A DNA stretch of 64,000 nt from Antedon mediterranea. Lineage: Eukaryota; Animalia; Echinodermata. Location of the stretch: positions 9,694,101-9,758,100 of the forward strand of contig NC_092677.1 of assembly GCF_964355755.1 (NCBI RefSeq). The letters are read 5' to 3'. Each line of letters begins with the position of its first letter. Position 1 is the first letter of the stretch. Position numbers and translations under genes: made by a program. This document shows positions 1 through 18,852 of this stretch, in pieces. The notes under the pieces were generated by a model. It did not search any database, had not been told where the DNA came from, and worked only from the letters and a program-made list of their open reading frames with translations.

Positions 1-74
1 GATATCAAATTATTTTTATTTCCAGATGATGCCATGCGACAAAGGCTCTTTTCTTTTCCTATTTTTTATCTTAA

Positions 75-699
75 AGCCCCATTCCCTACGTTTTTTAGAT
101 CTAATTTAAGATCACAAACTATATTTAATGTAAAAATAATACTATATGGTCCTATTGCGATAACTTTTTTCGTCTTTAAACGGTTAAAAATGTGAAAAAT
201 AAATCGATTCTAATAATTATAGCGGCCCGCTATAAATCCCAAAATGCATTGCGCGCGGATTGATATTTTTGTTTTTCACCTGTAATTCGCCCACTTTTCG
301 ATCGATCGTGAAGCCAAAACAAATGGAAGACTCCTAACTTTTCAGCGAAAATACCGGGTTTTCCCCAATTTGTATCAACGGAGTCTGGCAAAAATAGAAA
401 GACAATTAATGCAGCAACTATACAACGTCAGGCTAGGTATATAGCTAGCGTACGATGTTCGTACGTTATCGATGTTTACCAGCTGGCCTACAAAACTAAG
501 CCTAGCTAGGCTAGGCCTAAGACCGTCCACGAGAGGTCGATCGCCGCGAGCTACTTAGGTAGTGCATTGTTTCTCACTTTTTATCATAATTTACCATAAA
601 ACGTACATTTAAGACAAGGAATGACATGGTTTAATGTTTTTAAAGTGATATATATGTATTATTTTCCAAAAAACGTCCAAAATTGCAGGGAAGGGGTCT
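75..699. mobile_element. Non-autonomous Kolobok-like DNA transposon, family A, copy 1
   Basis: TTAA on both sides (71-74, 700-703). Imperfect TIRs AGCCCCATTCCCTAC / GCAGGGAAGGGGTCT with AG...CT termini. Near-identical copy at 9247-9872. Confidence 0.8.
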
Positions 700-3600
700 T
701 TAACTCTATTGATTGAATAATGCTAGATAAATATTTCATTAACAAATCAAAAATATTATAGTATCAATATTATCTCTTGATAAGTATAACAGTTCCCACG
801 CCCTTTTCTGAAAATTTTCTTTTAATATAATGATATTGGCTCACCTCACTGTTTTCGAAGTTTGTTTGTGAAGAAAAATGTCGATTAATTTGGAAATTTT
901 CAATTAAGTAATTATATTAAGTAATATTAAGTACTATATTAAGTATTAATTTAAGTATTATATTAAGTATTATATTAAGTATTATATTATCATAGAAAAT
1001 TACAATAGCAATAGAAGCTACCACAGGTCAAGAGGTCATTTAGAGAAAAAACAACTTTTAGTTCCACGCCTTTTTAAACATTATTATTTGAGATTGAATT
1101 ATTGGGAAATAAAAGTACCGTATTTAAATATTTCCGATTTATTGCCACATCTTTTTTGCCTTTACCGTCATTTATTATATGAAAACACATTATTTTATAT
1201 TCTCTAGTCAAAATACTCCCGGCTTCTGTGAAGAAATTGCCATTATGCATTTATATGTAATATACTGTAGTTTCATTAATGTTAGTACTAGCAGTAGCTG
1301 ATCGAATTTATTTGTGTCTTGAAATTCGTATAATAATTTATTTTTTTAACATCATTAACATTGGCAATTATGTTTAATTGAAACGCATTTCAAATTTAAA
1401 GTTTAATTAAAAGGCTTGATAGCTGCATTTGACAATATACAGAGTGTAATTAGGTAGCAGTGTCTATGCTTAACGAGTAACAGTTACAGCATCAATTTAT
1501 ATTCAAGAATGTCTAGGGGATCCAATGTGTGAAATTATAAGGCAGCTGATTTCTTGCAAAAAAACTAATATATCTTTGAATATATAGACAATGTGTCTTC
1601 TTTAAGAAGAGGAAAAATAATGGTTATTTTGCTGTATCACAGATGTAACTCATTTTTATTTTTTTTAAAGTTGATGTTCAGGTACAAACAGTATTTTAGT
1701 TCTGTGGCCAGTAAAAGTAGTGGAGGATCAGTAGAAATTGTACTGGTCCTCTAATTGTCTAGTTAAAAAACCCTTAACAACAGAGACCCCAGATCAGGAT
1801 GGCCTTTCAATCCTATTTTCAGTTTAAGTTCATTCATTTTTTTGCATTCTCAATCTGGGAGTAAATTATAATATTGCTGTGTAGCATAGGTTTACTGTGA
1901 ATACATAGTTGTTTACGCCTGTTAAATGGTGAATAGAAAAATTATAAATAATTCTTTTATGGTTATACTGCCTGTACAGTATTGTTCTTTGTCAGATGAA
2001 TTATTTATTAATTATCATAACCTATTATTTGTACTATCATCTGCAAAGATTAAATTATTAAACAAAGATTACCATCAAACAGTAAGTAAGTAATCATCTG
2101 TTCCTTATACGAACTAAATTTGCCCAAGATTTTATTTCAATCCAAGCTTAAATAGTCTGTTCTTTACAATAAATTACATCATTTCTAAAATTAGAATAGA
2201 TTTTATTTATTTTTAGGTATGATTATAAAGGCAACTTACAGTGTGTGTACCTGCAGTGATTCTTTAGTTTATTTTTTATTCAAATAATATAATAGTAAAT
2301 CACCTTCTTTATTATAATGAAGTGAATACCATCAGTGAAAAAAAAATGATGATTCATCGTAGAGAGCTAAACTCTACCTGCCACATAGATAACCAAATTG
2401 ATCACTAATTTGTGCACTCTCAATGAGATGCTATGATTTATTCACTTCGTGCTTTCCAGGGAAATGCAGCGTAGAACGAGCTATTAGCATCGTTTTATCG
2501 CAGTAGCGAGAATTTATGATTTCAGGTTTCACTGTAGTTTCCTATTTTGATTAACATTTTATGTCTTGCTGTTAATCTTACTGCTGAATACAAATTAGAA
2601 AATATTTAATCACGTCTTTATTGAAGGCCCGCTTTCAGGACCAGGCTTAAAGTAATTTGAAAAATGGCCTCTAGATTACTGGGGGTTTTTTAATTTAGGT
2701 GTCTGTCAATATCATTGGTTTGAAACTGATATTCCTAATTATTCTATTTTGTCCAACTGTACTTGCTAGCATCTCATACATAAAAGAACATGTCCCTTGG
2801 GCATTCCTGACCAATCACTCGTTGCAACACTTCTGTGTGCAACTTTTTGCATATTATTCTAATCAGAATGTTTTCTTCTTGCTTATAATATAGTAGGATT
2901 ACTTTAGATTTTATATTAAAATGTAATAAAGCATCAAAAATTTATTCCAAATATATTAAAATACAATGTGAACCATACATATCTGTAGCGGTCCCAACTT
3001 AGAAAAATGAAATATCAGGAATTTTGAAAGCATTTCCATTGTCCAATAAGGGTTTTTTCTTTTAAAAAAAATCTTGCATCGTCATCTACAATGCCAGGCA
3101 CTTCCCAAACATGGGAAAGGTTGGAAAATGCATTTGTAGCTTTAGTAGTAGAGATAAATTTATACATTATCGGGATGGTATTGTTTTCTGTATATAATTT
3201 TTAAAAAATCAGGCTGAATGTGAAAATGAGAATGAAGAAAACTCCAACTAAGACTTTTTATACAAATGAATAATTAAGGTATACTATTATAAATTGTATG
3301 ATCCATCAGCATTAACTAGACAGCTAGATAAATGTAATAATTTATTTTCTGCACAGGTACATTATTTCCTTACATATTTTAATCTAAATTCACTGGCTTG
3401 CAGTGTGCACTCAGCTGCATATTATGATAATAGCATTCTGCAGAATATTGATTGTGATAAAGAACGGTAATCTTCATTCCAAAACGAGTCTATCTTGTTA
3501 ATTCTTGTCTTTGTCGCTTCTACCTTAATCATGTTTGTAATCAATTATGTAAATTATACTCATCATCTTGGTTCCAATTTTGTTAATTCCAATTATAAAC

Positions 3601-6084
3601 AAAATTAAGTTATGGTAGAATGATTTAGTAATAATGAAAGTTAGATATTGGTATTACTACAGTATTTGGTAAGGTAATATTAGTTTTGTAAGAGAATATG
3701 AGATGATATGTAGCTTCGTAACGACGTGTAGACACATTTTTATAGGATGCTGTTTGGGTGTGGAAAACTACAGAATTTCTTTTAATTAGAAATTGAAATT
3801 GGTTGACGTAAATTCTCTACCATTTAATAATGACCAATACGGCCACCAATAATTTCCTCAATTAATGAAATATGTATTTGGAACAGATTTTGTGCAAGAT
3901 AACTCCTGAAATAATAACATACACTAATGTATAGGAACATTGTTTCTAATGCTATAGTTAGTACATAGTACAGTACTGTACTACCCCTCCTTTGGGACAT
4001 CCCATTTCAAGGGATATTTTCCGTAAAACAAACAAAGGGTAACATATGTTTTAACACTAAAACCTATTTAGGGACACCCCAATTTTGGTGTCCTTTCTTA
4101 ATAAGGGTTCCACTGTTAACTATACATTGAGCATATATCATTTTATTTTCCATTTTCTACTCTGTTACATTGAATACATTGATTTTATCAATAATGTTAA
4201 TCATTAATGTACTATACTAGCAAACATTATCTCATCCCAATGTTAAAAAGGGATCTTGGGAATGTCTATAAAAAATGTTTTTGATGGAGAGCCGAACATT
4301 GTGAATTAGAGTCTTGAATTAGAAATCCAGGTACGCAACAACTCATTTCTGTTATATTATATAAGTACTTTTCTTCGTCACAAACAATTAATATCCGTTG
4401 ATAAGGAACTATATTTTTCCGGCGTAGCACTACTCCTTTTTACTACCCTTTTGATGACTGTGCTTTCAACCAATAGGCATTCAGACAATGGTCTAAACCA
4501 CATGCGAGGGATCGCCTCAAAAAGTCACTCATGCCTACAAAAATATTTGAGGGATTTACTTTAATTTTTGGGTGTGAATTATTTTTTCTCTTCATATCAG
4601 CTGATGTAAATTTACTTTGAGTCGATCCCACAAATGTTTTTTCCCTATGAATGATAAGATGAAATGTGAATGTTTAATTTAAAATCGACCTTTGTTCTCA
4701 CTTTAAACATGCTTTAAATGATAATTTTTAATATGTAATTGATTTCTCCTGATCACACCATATAACAATAACATTTGTTTGTTTTTTAATTATTGTGATT
4801 TGAATAGTTAATTGTTATTTTATACTATATTAATTATACTAGAACATCTATTATGGGACAATTTTGGGACCCAACAACATTTTGTATCCCCTAGATAGCG
4901 TTAGTAATAGTAGTAGTGTCCTTAATAATAGGGGCGTGTCCCAAACGAGGGGTTCTACAAGCAATAAATAATAAATATAAAACACAAGTATATAAATACA
5001 GCTTCACAGGGTGTTTATTGTTCTTTTCATTGCTAATTTATTATTTTTATTTGTTTTTCATAATTGTTCACTCAGTATCGGCTAACACCAGCAGTGTCGA
5101 CTTTACTATCTAATAGAAATGTTTTCTCACTATTTAATAATTAAAACCCAGTAATGTATAAATTCTAAAGAATTTATAATTGTTCATCTGTGTTATACAA
5201 TAACCTTGTAATACAAATCAAATATTTGAAGCTCTTCTTTTAAATAATAGGGTATTTAAATTCTTTATACCATGCATAAAAAATTCATTCTAGTCAAACG
5301 CACATGAAAAGGTTAAATTTTGTAAAAACAAATCTAAACCATGGATCTATGCGGCAAGGTTAAAAATGCTTTGTTTGTTACGTACACAACAAATTCGGTG
5401 AAGATTTTTTTAATCACAGATGGAAAGGTAGACCCTTGATTTACGTGTGCCGAGGAGCGATCGATGGAGCCATTTCGCATGAATGCACAATCAAATTATT
5501 GTGGATAGATGCTGAAAATTTATGATGAATTTGAACTAGTCTGCTAACACTATGATAACTATTGGTTGTAGAGTATAGCAGATCTATGTTTTAATTTTTA
5601 GATGAGCAGAATGTTGTTATTTAATATTACCCCTCCCCCTCCCCCCCCCCCAACCTCAAAAGGGAGAAAAGATGTGTACCTCATGGATTAAGCAACCTTT
5701 CTCTCCCCCACAAGATTTGAACAGTATGCAATATTTATCTATCATCAATAGAACTGTATCTACTTTCCTATACTCCATTTCTGTACAATTCTTTCAACTG
5801 TATAATGATTTTATTTTCAGTATGTATTAGTCATTTCCTGCATAACTCCATCTATTTGTCAACGAGTACATCATTAAGTACAACCTCATCATCTTCATTC
5901 CTATCTTTATTGTCATCTTATTTATGATGAGATTTCCCATATGGATTTTTCTGAAGACTTTTCTTGAGTAAATATTGAACCTGCTACAGACTTACCATTT
6001 AATTAACTGTTGACTACATTTTGTATTTACTTTTGATTTAATGACATTTGTACTTTAAGTTGTTCTTATTTGCATTCTTCTCAG

Positions 6085-11832
<5,748 letters not shown>

Positions 11833-13443
11833 CAGAAAGATCAGTCTCAAGGTCATGAGATTAATGCGTATCAAAAGATGATACAATAATCATAGAGGGC
11901 ACACTTGATGAATAAAGCAATTGAGTCATTCCAGATGGCAAACTGCAATATATTGAACTCACGTTTATTAAGACTTAAGGTCAAAGTTTATATAAACAAT
12001 AAAATACCATTATTCAAGCGATACAATATCAATAATTGAGTGTCAAATGATTTTACCCGACAATTACAACTTCTTTTGTCGTAATATTTGAAAATAAACT
12101 TAATTTTGGTCAAGTGGTATGATTCTAGATCTGTAGGTCATAGGTCAATTTCCACCTGCAAACATACAGTATTCACACTAATATGGATTGAATATTTTAT
12201 ACCAATTTGGACAAATGTACAAATAGATTTATCTGAGTACTCGCAAGAAAATTCATTCAGTATTGGACTATAATCATTTTTTCCAGGATGACTTACAAAT
12301 TTCTTTTTACAGTGTGTGTTTCTTTTTTAGCGAAGTTAATGAATACATATGGGAGCGCAGTGGCGGATCTAGGATTTTGAAAGGGCCTAAACATAATGAA
12401 CGGTGTTAAACTTTACCTATCTTAGCCTGTCCTATCTTTTGCATTGCAATTTTCAAAATTTAGGATTTTGATTTGCCTGTGATGGTGGTAAACATAGTAA
12501 TACTGATGCAAAAAAATCATCAAAATCAATAAAAGCAAGTTTTTCATGTCATATTTGGTCATTTATAGTATTCAAATATGAAAATGTGTATTTTTTCAAA
12601 CGGATTAACTGGAATCATGAATTATATAATTTTGATATTTTTTTTTTCTACTTGAATCTGTAATTGGTCCTTCATCTCTTTTTTAAAACTCTAATGTTGA
12701 TATTGTTATGAATTGTTTATAAATCACTTGATAATTACATATTTATTCAAAAACACTCAAATAATATTTTTATCTTTAAATACATATTTTATTTTTTACA
12801 TGTGTTTTATACTAAAGAATTAAAAACATATTGTGTAGTTTAATTTTTTTTTTTTTCATAATTCATACAGTACTCACGTACATGATGTTATCTCTGTGCG
12901 TTGTATATAATATTTTAGTTTAAATAATGAAATTTTATATAAATCAACATATTTTGTTTGTTTTTTTATTAAGAATATCATATATAAAGCTTATAATAAT
13001 TATTTAGTTTTGTTGGGTTCTTGATTTGTAAAAGAACAGAACTAGAACTCTGAATATAAGGAATGGATCGATAATGTATTGATCAATATATCGATTATAT
13101 ATTGATTTTAGATCAATGTATTGATTAATCGATTAATTAGTTATCTAGATTTATGATTAGTTCAAGTATTAGTTGATTTATCAAATCATTGATGGTTTAT
13201 GGACCAAATAATGGATGGTTATTTTTATTTAGCTTGGTTTTTCGATTGAATACTTGATTGAATTAAGTATAATTAATTTGATGTGCAATATATAAATATT
13301 TAATTTAGATTGATAAAAAAAAAACCTCTAATCTTATTTTTAAAACGTTGGTCAACCATAATATCTAATTATTCTATTTTTGTTACTATTCTCAACTATT
13401 ATTTTTATTGAACCGTTTGGTTAAACTATTGAAGTTCACATTA

Positions 13444-13600
13444 AGCTCTGTCTACACTATCAAACTAGTTTGACAAAAAGAATGTGATGTGCCCAAGTAT
13501 GGTAGTGATATACCAAAATATGGTAGTGATATGACATCGTGTCCATATATGGGCACATCACATTTTTTGTCACATAAAGTCTGATAGTGTAGACAGAGCT
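13444..13600. mobile_element. PIF/Harbinger (Tourist-like) MITE family D, representative copy
   Basis: TTA|AGCTCTGTCTACACTATCA...TGATAGTGTAGACAGAGCT|TTA with a 3-bp TWA TSD and internal 21-bp repeats. Confidence 0.8.
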
Positions 13601-13827
13601 TTAGAAGATTATTTAGACATGCATTATACTAAATGAATATTCTAAACCACCACATTAGTAATTGTAGGTATATTTCCAACTGTTTTATATTCAATGTCTG
13701 GGTTGAGGCCGCGGAATTTACGAATTTTATTTCGTTGATATGTACTTGGATGCGCTATGATTAATAAATTTATATACAAGAATGGATTGGAGCCTGACTG
13801 TAATTTTTATAAGTGGGGAGATGTTCA

Positions 13828-13913
13828 GAGGACACATCTATTAAGGGACACTTTGTTGGGTATCGAACGCGAGGACACATCTATTAAGGGACACTTTGTT
13901 GGGTATCGAACGC
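13828..13913. repeat. Perfect 43-bp direct duplication within a GGGACAC-family repeat
   Basis: GAGGACACATCTATTAAGGGACACTTTGTTGGGTATCGAACGC occurs twice. Confidence 0.85.
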
Positions 13914-14294
13914 GTCTTTAATAGATGTGCTACTGTATACTTGGTGCAAGATCGTAGTCGTGTTTTTTTTAGCTCGGGAAAAGCAAACTATAAATGAATA
14001 ATTTGTGCTTCAATTCAAATAGTTTATTTCCACTCTGTTTAAAACAGTAAAATGATTCAATTAAATTTATAATCGGTGCAAGTTACAATGTAACTAACAC
14101 CACGTTTAACCCAATGGGTATTTTTATAGTGTTAGTGTGGCCTAAATGCATTGTTATTACGTAATAATAAAATAATGCAAATTAATTTTATATAGTTTGA
14201 AACCCGACAGAGGTGAAATCAAACATCAGTCTCTTTATCAGTTTCTTCACAGTCTAAAATATATTCTTGAATGTCACCAATGCCGTTTGTTGCT

Positions 14295-16889
14295 TCAGGT
14301 GTTGTACACTTTATTATCATGATTCAAAATGCATAGAGCGTACGCGGAAGATGTCGTCACCACGGCATCTGGATGATCACCAGGTTGTCGTGGATAGTCT
14401 GCTGTAATTTCCTCTTTTATGGATGTGCTGTCGTCCGTATTTATTGATTCTAATGCCATACTTAAAGGCCGACTGAGAGGTGAAGCAGCGGACGTTGGTG
14501 TTAGCAAGGTACTAGTGGTATGAGAAGGAGACAACAGTGGCTCGTTCTCCTTCAGACTATCTGGAGATGTATCTGGAGAACGTTGTATTTCAGAGTCTAT
14601 ACCACGCCTTACTTGTAGTTCAATATCTCTTTCTGGCTGTGACATCGTTTTATTTGCTGACCCATTCTTATAACTAGGTGCACAACCATTTATTTCTGCT
14701 TGTACAATAAATTTATGTTTTTCTAAATTTGTTTCTTTTGCATAAGTTTTTATTTTATCTGCTTCCGTTATTCCTGCAGCAGGTATTACAATGAATAAAT
14801 TATCCAGTTCTTTTTTTGTGCATTCCTCATTATTGTTCAAATGAGAAGACAATGTTTTTGTAGCATCAGTGTTTGTATGTGGCATTCTCTTTGAATCGGT
14901 AACTGCTTGGTCGGTTTCTCGGTCGTACCGAACAGATGGCATATTGTCAGGATTAACGTCCGTTTCTGAAACTCCTTGTAATGTCTCATCCGGGACACCG
15001 ATTGTGTGGTCCACTTGCTCCAACCATTCTTGAACGGTCTTTTGGTAATCCGGTCTTCCATATGGTATCCCATCGACTGGTTTTGGGTATTGGCGCCGAT
15101 ACGATGATTTAGCTTCTGTTTCGCTACACTTAGACATCGGATTGACAGTTCTTCTGTACCGTCTGCAACACAAGGCAGTATTTGTGGCGGAACACGTGCC
15201 ATGGTGATCACATTGATCTGGGCAGAGCAACTTAATGGCAACGGACAGAGCGTAACTAAATATTGCCGCAAAAACGGTAATGAGGATAGTAGAAGCTGCC
15301 GGTGGAATATCATAAAAGAAGTGTTGGCTAGAAGTGTCATCATCAGATGTCTTGACCGTCGCTGGTGGTGAGGTTGTAACCACAGTAGTTACCTGTACAC
15401 TAACGCTAATGATGGTTGGTGCTGTAAAGAAATATAAACTGTTAATACTTTGACATCAAATAGATCCTTTGTTAAAACGACCTACTAATATTAGGTATAG
15501 TCCCGTGTTGAATTATTTATTATTATTTATTATATTTTTTTAATTAACAGTATCCTTCTTTCGTACATTAATGCAAGACACGGTCTTTCTTTCTTTCACC
15601 TACCTGCCCTAACTGTCCGGATCTGTAATAATAACATCGATAGGACAAAGCACAGTGTCCGTACAGTTAACTGATGTTTTAAGGATGGCACGGCGTTGTC
15701 TTGCATCGATACACCAGACTTCTAATTGATATCTGCAGGTGCATCCTCTGCAGCACCGTAGCAAGTTATGACCACACTTGTATTCTAAAAAAAGTAAAAT
15801 TTAATTTGCATATAAAGGTGTATGAGAAAATAGCGATTTCTAGTGTGCCTGCATTTCGAGTTGACTTGCCTTGTATTGTTTGACTATGGACTTGACCATG
15901 GACCTATAAGTTATAGGTTTAATACAATGTAGGAATCAATTAATCGAATTTTATGAAGCTATAATATGATCTATATAATATTCTTCTATGAAAATAACCC
16001 TACAACGTGGAAAATTAGTTGGGGACTGCTATCGTGGAAATACGAAGGACTGTACATTTTTGTTGTTTAGACGAGTTGCCCATGATGAACAGGGTAAGTA
16101 AAGTTTATATTTGTAAAGCGACAACAGCCTATAGCAGACATTGTATTTTAAACTGTTATTCATATGAAACAGGACCTTCTTATATTATACATACTCAATA
16201 AATTAAATATGCCTATATAGACGCCAGTGTGTTGATGATGATTATGGATCGACAAATATGATTACCAATCTTTAATTATATCACGATGTCGTGTATTTAT
16301 TTGAATGCTTAGAGCATGGAGAAATGGGTACTAGCCTCCATGCTTAAATTGATTGACTTTTTAAAGTTAGTTCATGAAACTCGGTTTCATGAAAAGCCAG
16401 CAAATCACGGTACTTTTTTTCTATTCTTACCTGTTGGTCTAAGTTGGTTTACATCACATCTCAGAACTTAAATAATCGCAATGAATCGTTTATTACATAA
16501 TGTAGGCCTGTAACAAATCTCCATCAAATATTCGTAGGCCTAAAATTACAGGTACCCAATTCACAGCAGCGGTTCACCTAAGTTTGCATAGTTACTTTGT
16601 TTTGCCCTCTACTAAAACAGCTCCTTTGAGACGTAAATTAAATTTGCATGACAGTCGCAAGGGTCGAACCAAGAAGGCTTTTGTAATGTCTGTTAATCCT
16701 TGAAATACATGAAAGGATGTTTTGACAGTCTATTATGCAGTGAACATTCTGAATTGATTCCGTAAGTCCCATCACTATGGTATGAAAAGAGTATTGTAAA
16801 TAAGATAAGATAAGATAAGATAACTTTTATTGATCCTCAAAAAGGAAATTCATTATTAAATTATATTTACCGTGAATTTTTGTGGTCAT
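14295..16889 (-). CDS. Orphan single-pass membrane protein (~450 aa if the 5' exons are right): Cys-rich TNFR-like N-terminus, Thr-rich stalk, TM helix, long low-complexity tail
   Basis: Large terminal exon 15421-14295 contains the 362-aa ORF with TM segment STILITVFAAIFSYALSVAI. Phase-1 exon 15784-15614 encodes YKCGHNLLRCCRGCTCRYQLEVWC...NCTDTVLCP. Tentative upstream exons are 16466-16431 and 16889-16871 (ATG). All phases are compatible, but the two 5' exons are less certain. Confidence 0.65.
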
Positions 16890-16985
16890 ACACGCCTCTT
16901 CATTCCAATTAAAGACCAGGATATTAATTATTATGCGGATCAACAAAAAGGTGCGGGCCGAACCGGCTCCCCTGTTAAAGATTAT

Positions 16986-17023
16986 GAAAAGAAAACGAAA
17001 AGTTTTATCTGGAGGAAAACCCC
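16986..17023 (-). promoter_or_regulatory. Adjacent IRF-element-like (GAAAACGAAA) and NF-kB (GGGGTTTTCC) motifs upstream of the orphan receptor gene
   Basis: Plus strand has gaaaagaaaacgaaaag at 16986-17002 (GAAANNGAAA) and ggaaaacccc at 17014-17023 (reverse complement fits GGGRNNYYCC), 100-135 bp upstream of the inferred ATG. Confidence 0.45.
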
Positions 17024-17519
17024 TTAAAAAGTCCTGGTTATAGGCATACTTTCTACTATTTCTATTAAATATATGTTCGTTTTGGTCATCAACTAAAGTA
17101 TATTACTTTTGTAACTATTACCTCCAATTATGGACAATTTGAACATCATTATTATTATTACTACTATACTACATAACATCATTACATTACACGGACTTTA
17201 ACTGAAAGATGTCCCATCCTCCAACCAAGTGTACATAAGTGGGACCCCTCATGAAACGTCACAAAATAAACATAACTTTCCTCTCTGTCCGTCCGTCCGT
17301 CTGTCTGTTTGAAACCCTCAATATTTTGTCCGAGGGCATCCATATCAACATCAATATGTTTCTTGCGCTAATGTTATATAATATTCCTATTAAATTAGAT
17401 AAAGTCATCTTCCAAAAGAAATGCAAATGTATTTGTGAAGGAATAATTAATATTTGGTAACTCTTTTATATTTTTGAAGTATTGTGAAGGAATAATTAAT
17501 TTTTTTCACTATTATTAGG

Positions 17520-17907
17520 TCAATAATGTTTATTACGAATTAAAAGACGTTTACTATATAATTTCAATATAAAATTTAATGACAAAAAGAAAGATCGACG
17601 TTTCGGTACCATCATAGAACCATTTTCAAGATCAAGTGAATACAAAACAATAATAATTATGTGCACTAAGCACCAAAGTTGGTGACAGGAAATGCTAATT
17701 TGGGACTAATTAAGTAATTAGCTCCTCCTACTGAGTTAGATAAACAATTTAGCTTTGATGGAATCCGATTGAGTGTAGGTTTTATCTCTTTGATCCACAA
17801 CATCTCCTTAATTAGGCAATCAAACTTATTGTTACATTTAGATAAGACTCATAAAGTATTCTGAGATATCACCAGTTATGCCATGTTGTTTTAGGTGATC
17901 ACCTATA
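17520..17907 (-). mobile_element. Penelope-like retroelement 3' remnant (decayed GIY-YIG endonuclease C-terminus plus 3' repeat region)
   Basis: Minus strand translates, with frameshifts, to IGDHLKQHG...LSKCNNKFDCLIKEMLWIKRDKP..TQSDSIKAKLFI* (stop 17738-17736), typical of the PLE GIY-YIG C-terminus. A PLE-type CCGAAACGTCG motif follows. Confidence 0.75.
17593..17633 (-). ncRNA. Minimal type I hammerhead ribozyme of a Penelope-like element (U3:A8 core variant)
   Basis: Minus strand reads GAUC-UUGAAAA-U-GGU-(loop)-ACC-GAAA-CG-UC/GAUC. Stem I is GAUC/GAUC, stem II is GGU/ACC, stem III is palindromic ACGU, and the cleavage triplet is GUC. Confidence 0.65.
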
Positions 17908-18852
17908 ATAAATAAACATTTTTGTTTATTTTTCTAAAACATTTCTTGAGAAGAAAAATTACACATAACATATATAAAATAATTCATAAATATAATTTGT
18001 ATTGTTTTATTTTTATTTTCTTTATGTTCTCATACATAATATTTCCGCTTAATTTAACTAACAAACATATGTATATAAAGTTGATAACTTAACAATCATC
18101 ATTAGCTTAATTCAAATTAAGAAATTATCGCGATACTTTATCATAAATAACATATGGATATTTGTAACGAGATGATCATTTGTTTAAGTTTAAGTTATGG
18201 CCATACAATACAACCCTTCGTTTAGAGAACTACACTGTAAAAACGAGGGTGGAGCAATAAACGGTAAGTTTTACCACTATTGTCAATCCCTATTCAGGGG
18301 TCATTCCTATTAAGAGGATATTGTTAATTAGCCCAAAGTTATTCCTTTATAGGGGCAATTAGATATGTTTTTTAATGATTACCCATAACATACAATTTTA
18401 ACTTGTTCTTGGAATCAGTTTCTCCACATTATGATTGTAACATAACTGAATACCACATTTAAATTGATAACAATAAATTATTCCCATCCCATAATTGTAT
18501 CAAAGTAGTAAAAAACAATTTTCGTAGAAATTAAATGAATTAAAAAAAATAGCTATCTACTTACAAAGTATTTTACTGTATTATTATATTATTATTAATT
18601 TAAAATACAAGTAAATCTGGTAAATTATTGAAATTAAATTATCTGAACGAAAATGATGTTACAATTTAGCTGAGTTAAGCTGAAGCAATTTTTGCAGAAA
18701 TTAAATGAATTTGAAAAATTAACTATGTACATAAAACTGTACTGTATTTATATTTGTATAAACTTATTTAATAACTTAAAATACATACAGTAAATCTTAT
18801 GAATGATTGAAATTAAATTATCTGAATTTAGCAACACTCTAGTTGAGTTAAG

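Noticed and set aside
704-6084. Short ORFs or a nested gene upstream of the first visible DEF8 exon
   Set aside because: No recognisable protein similarity or consistent exon chain; treated as intron.
14837-15343. 168-aa ORF overlapping the orphan receptor exon in another frame
   Set aside because: No recognisable motif or own splice signals; most likely a shadow frame.
15600-15613. Stronger-looking donor CAG|GTAGGT for the receptor's Cys-rich exon
   Set aside because: It includes an in-frame TAG and has the wrong phase; the GTTAGG donor after 15614 keeps the frame.
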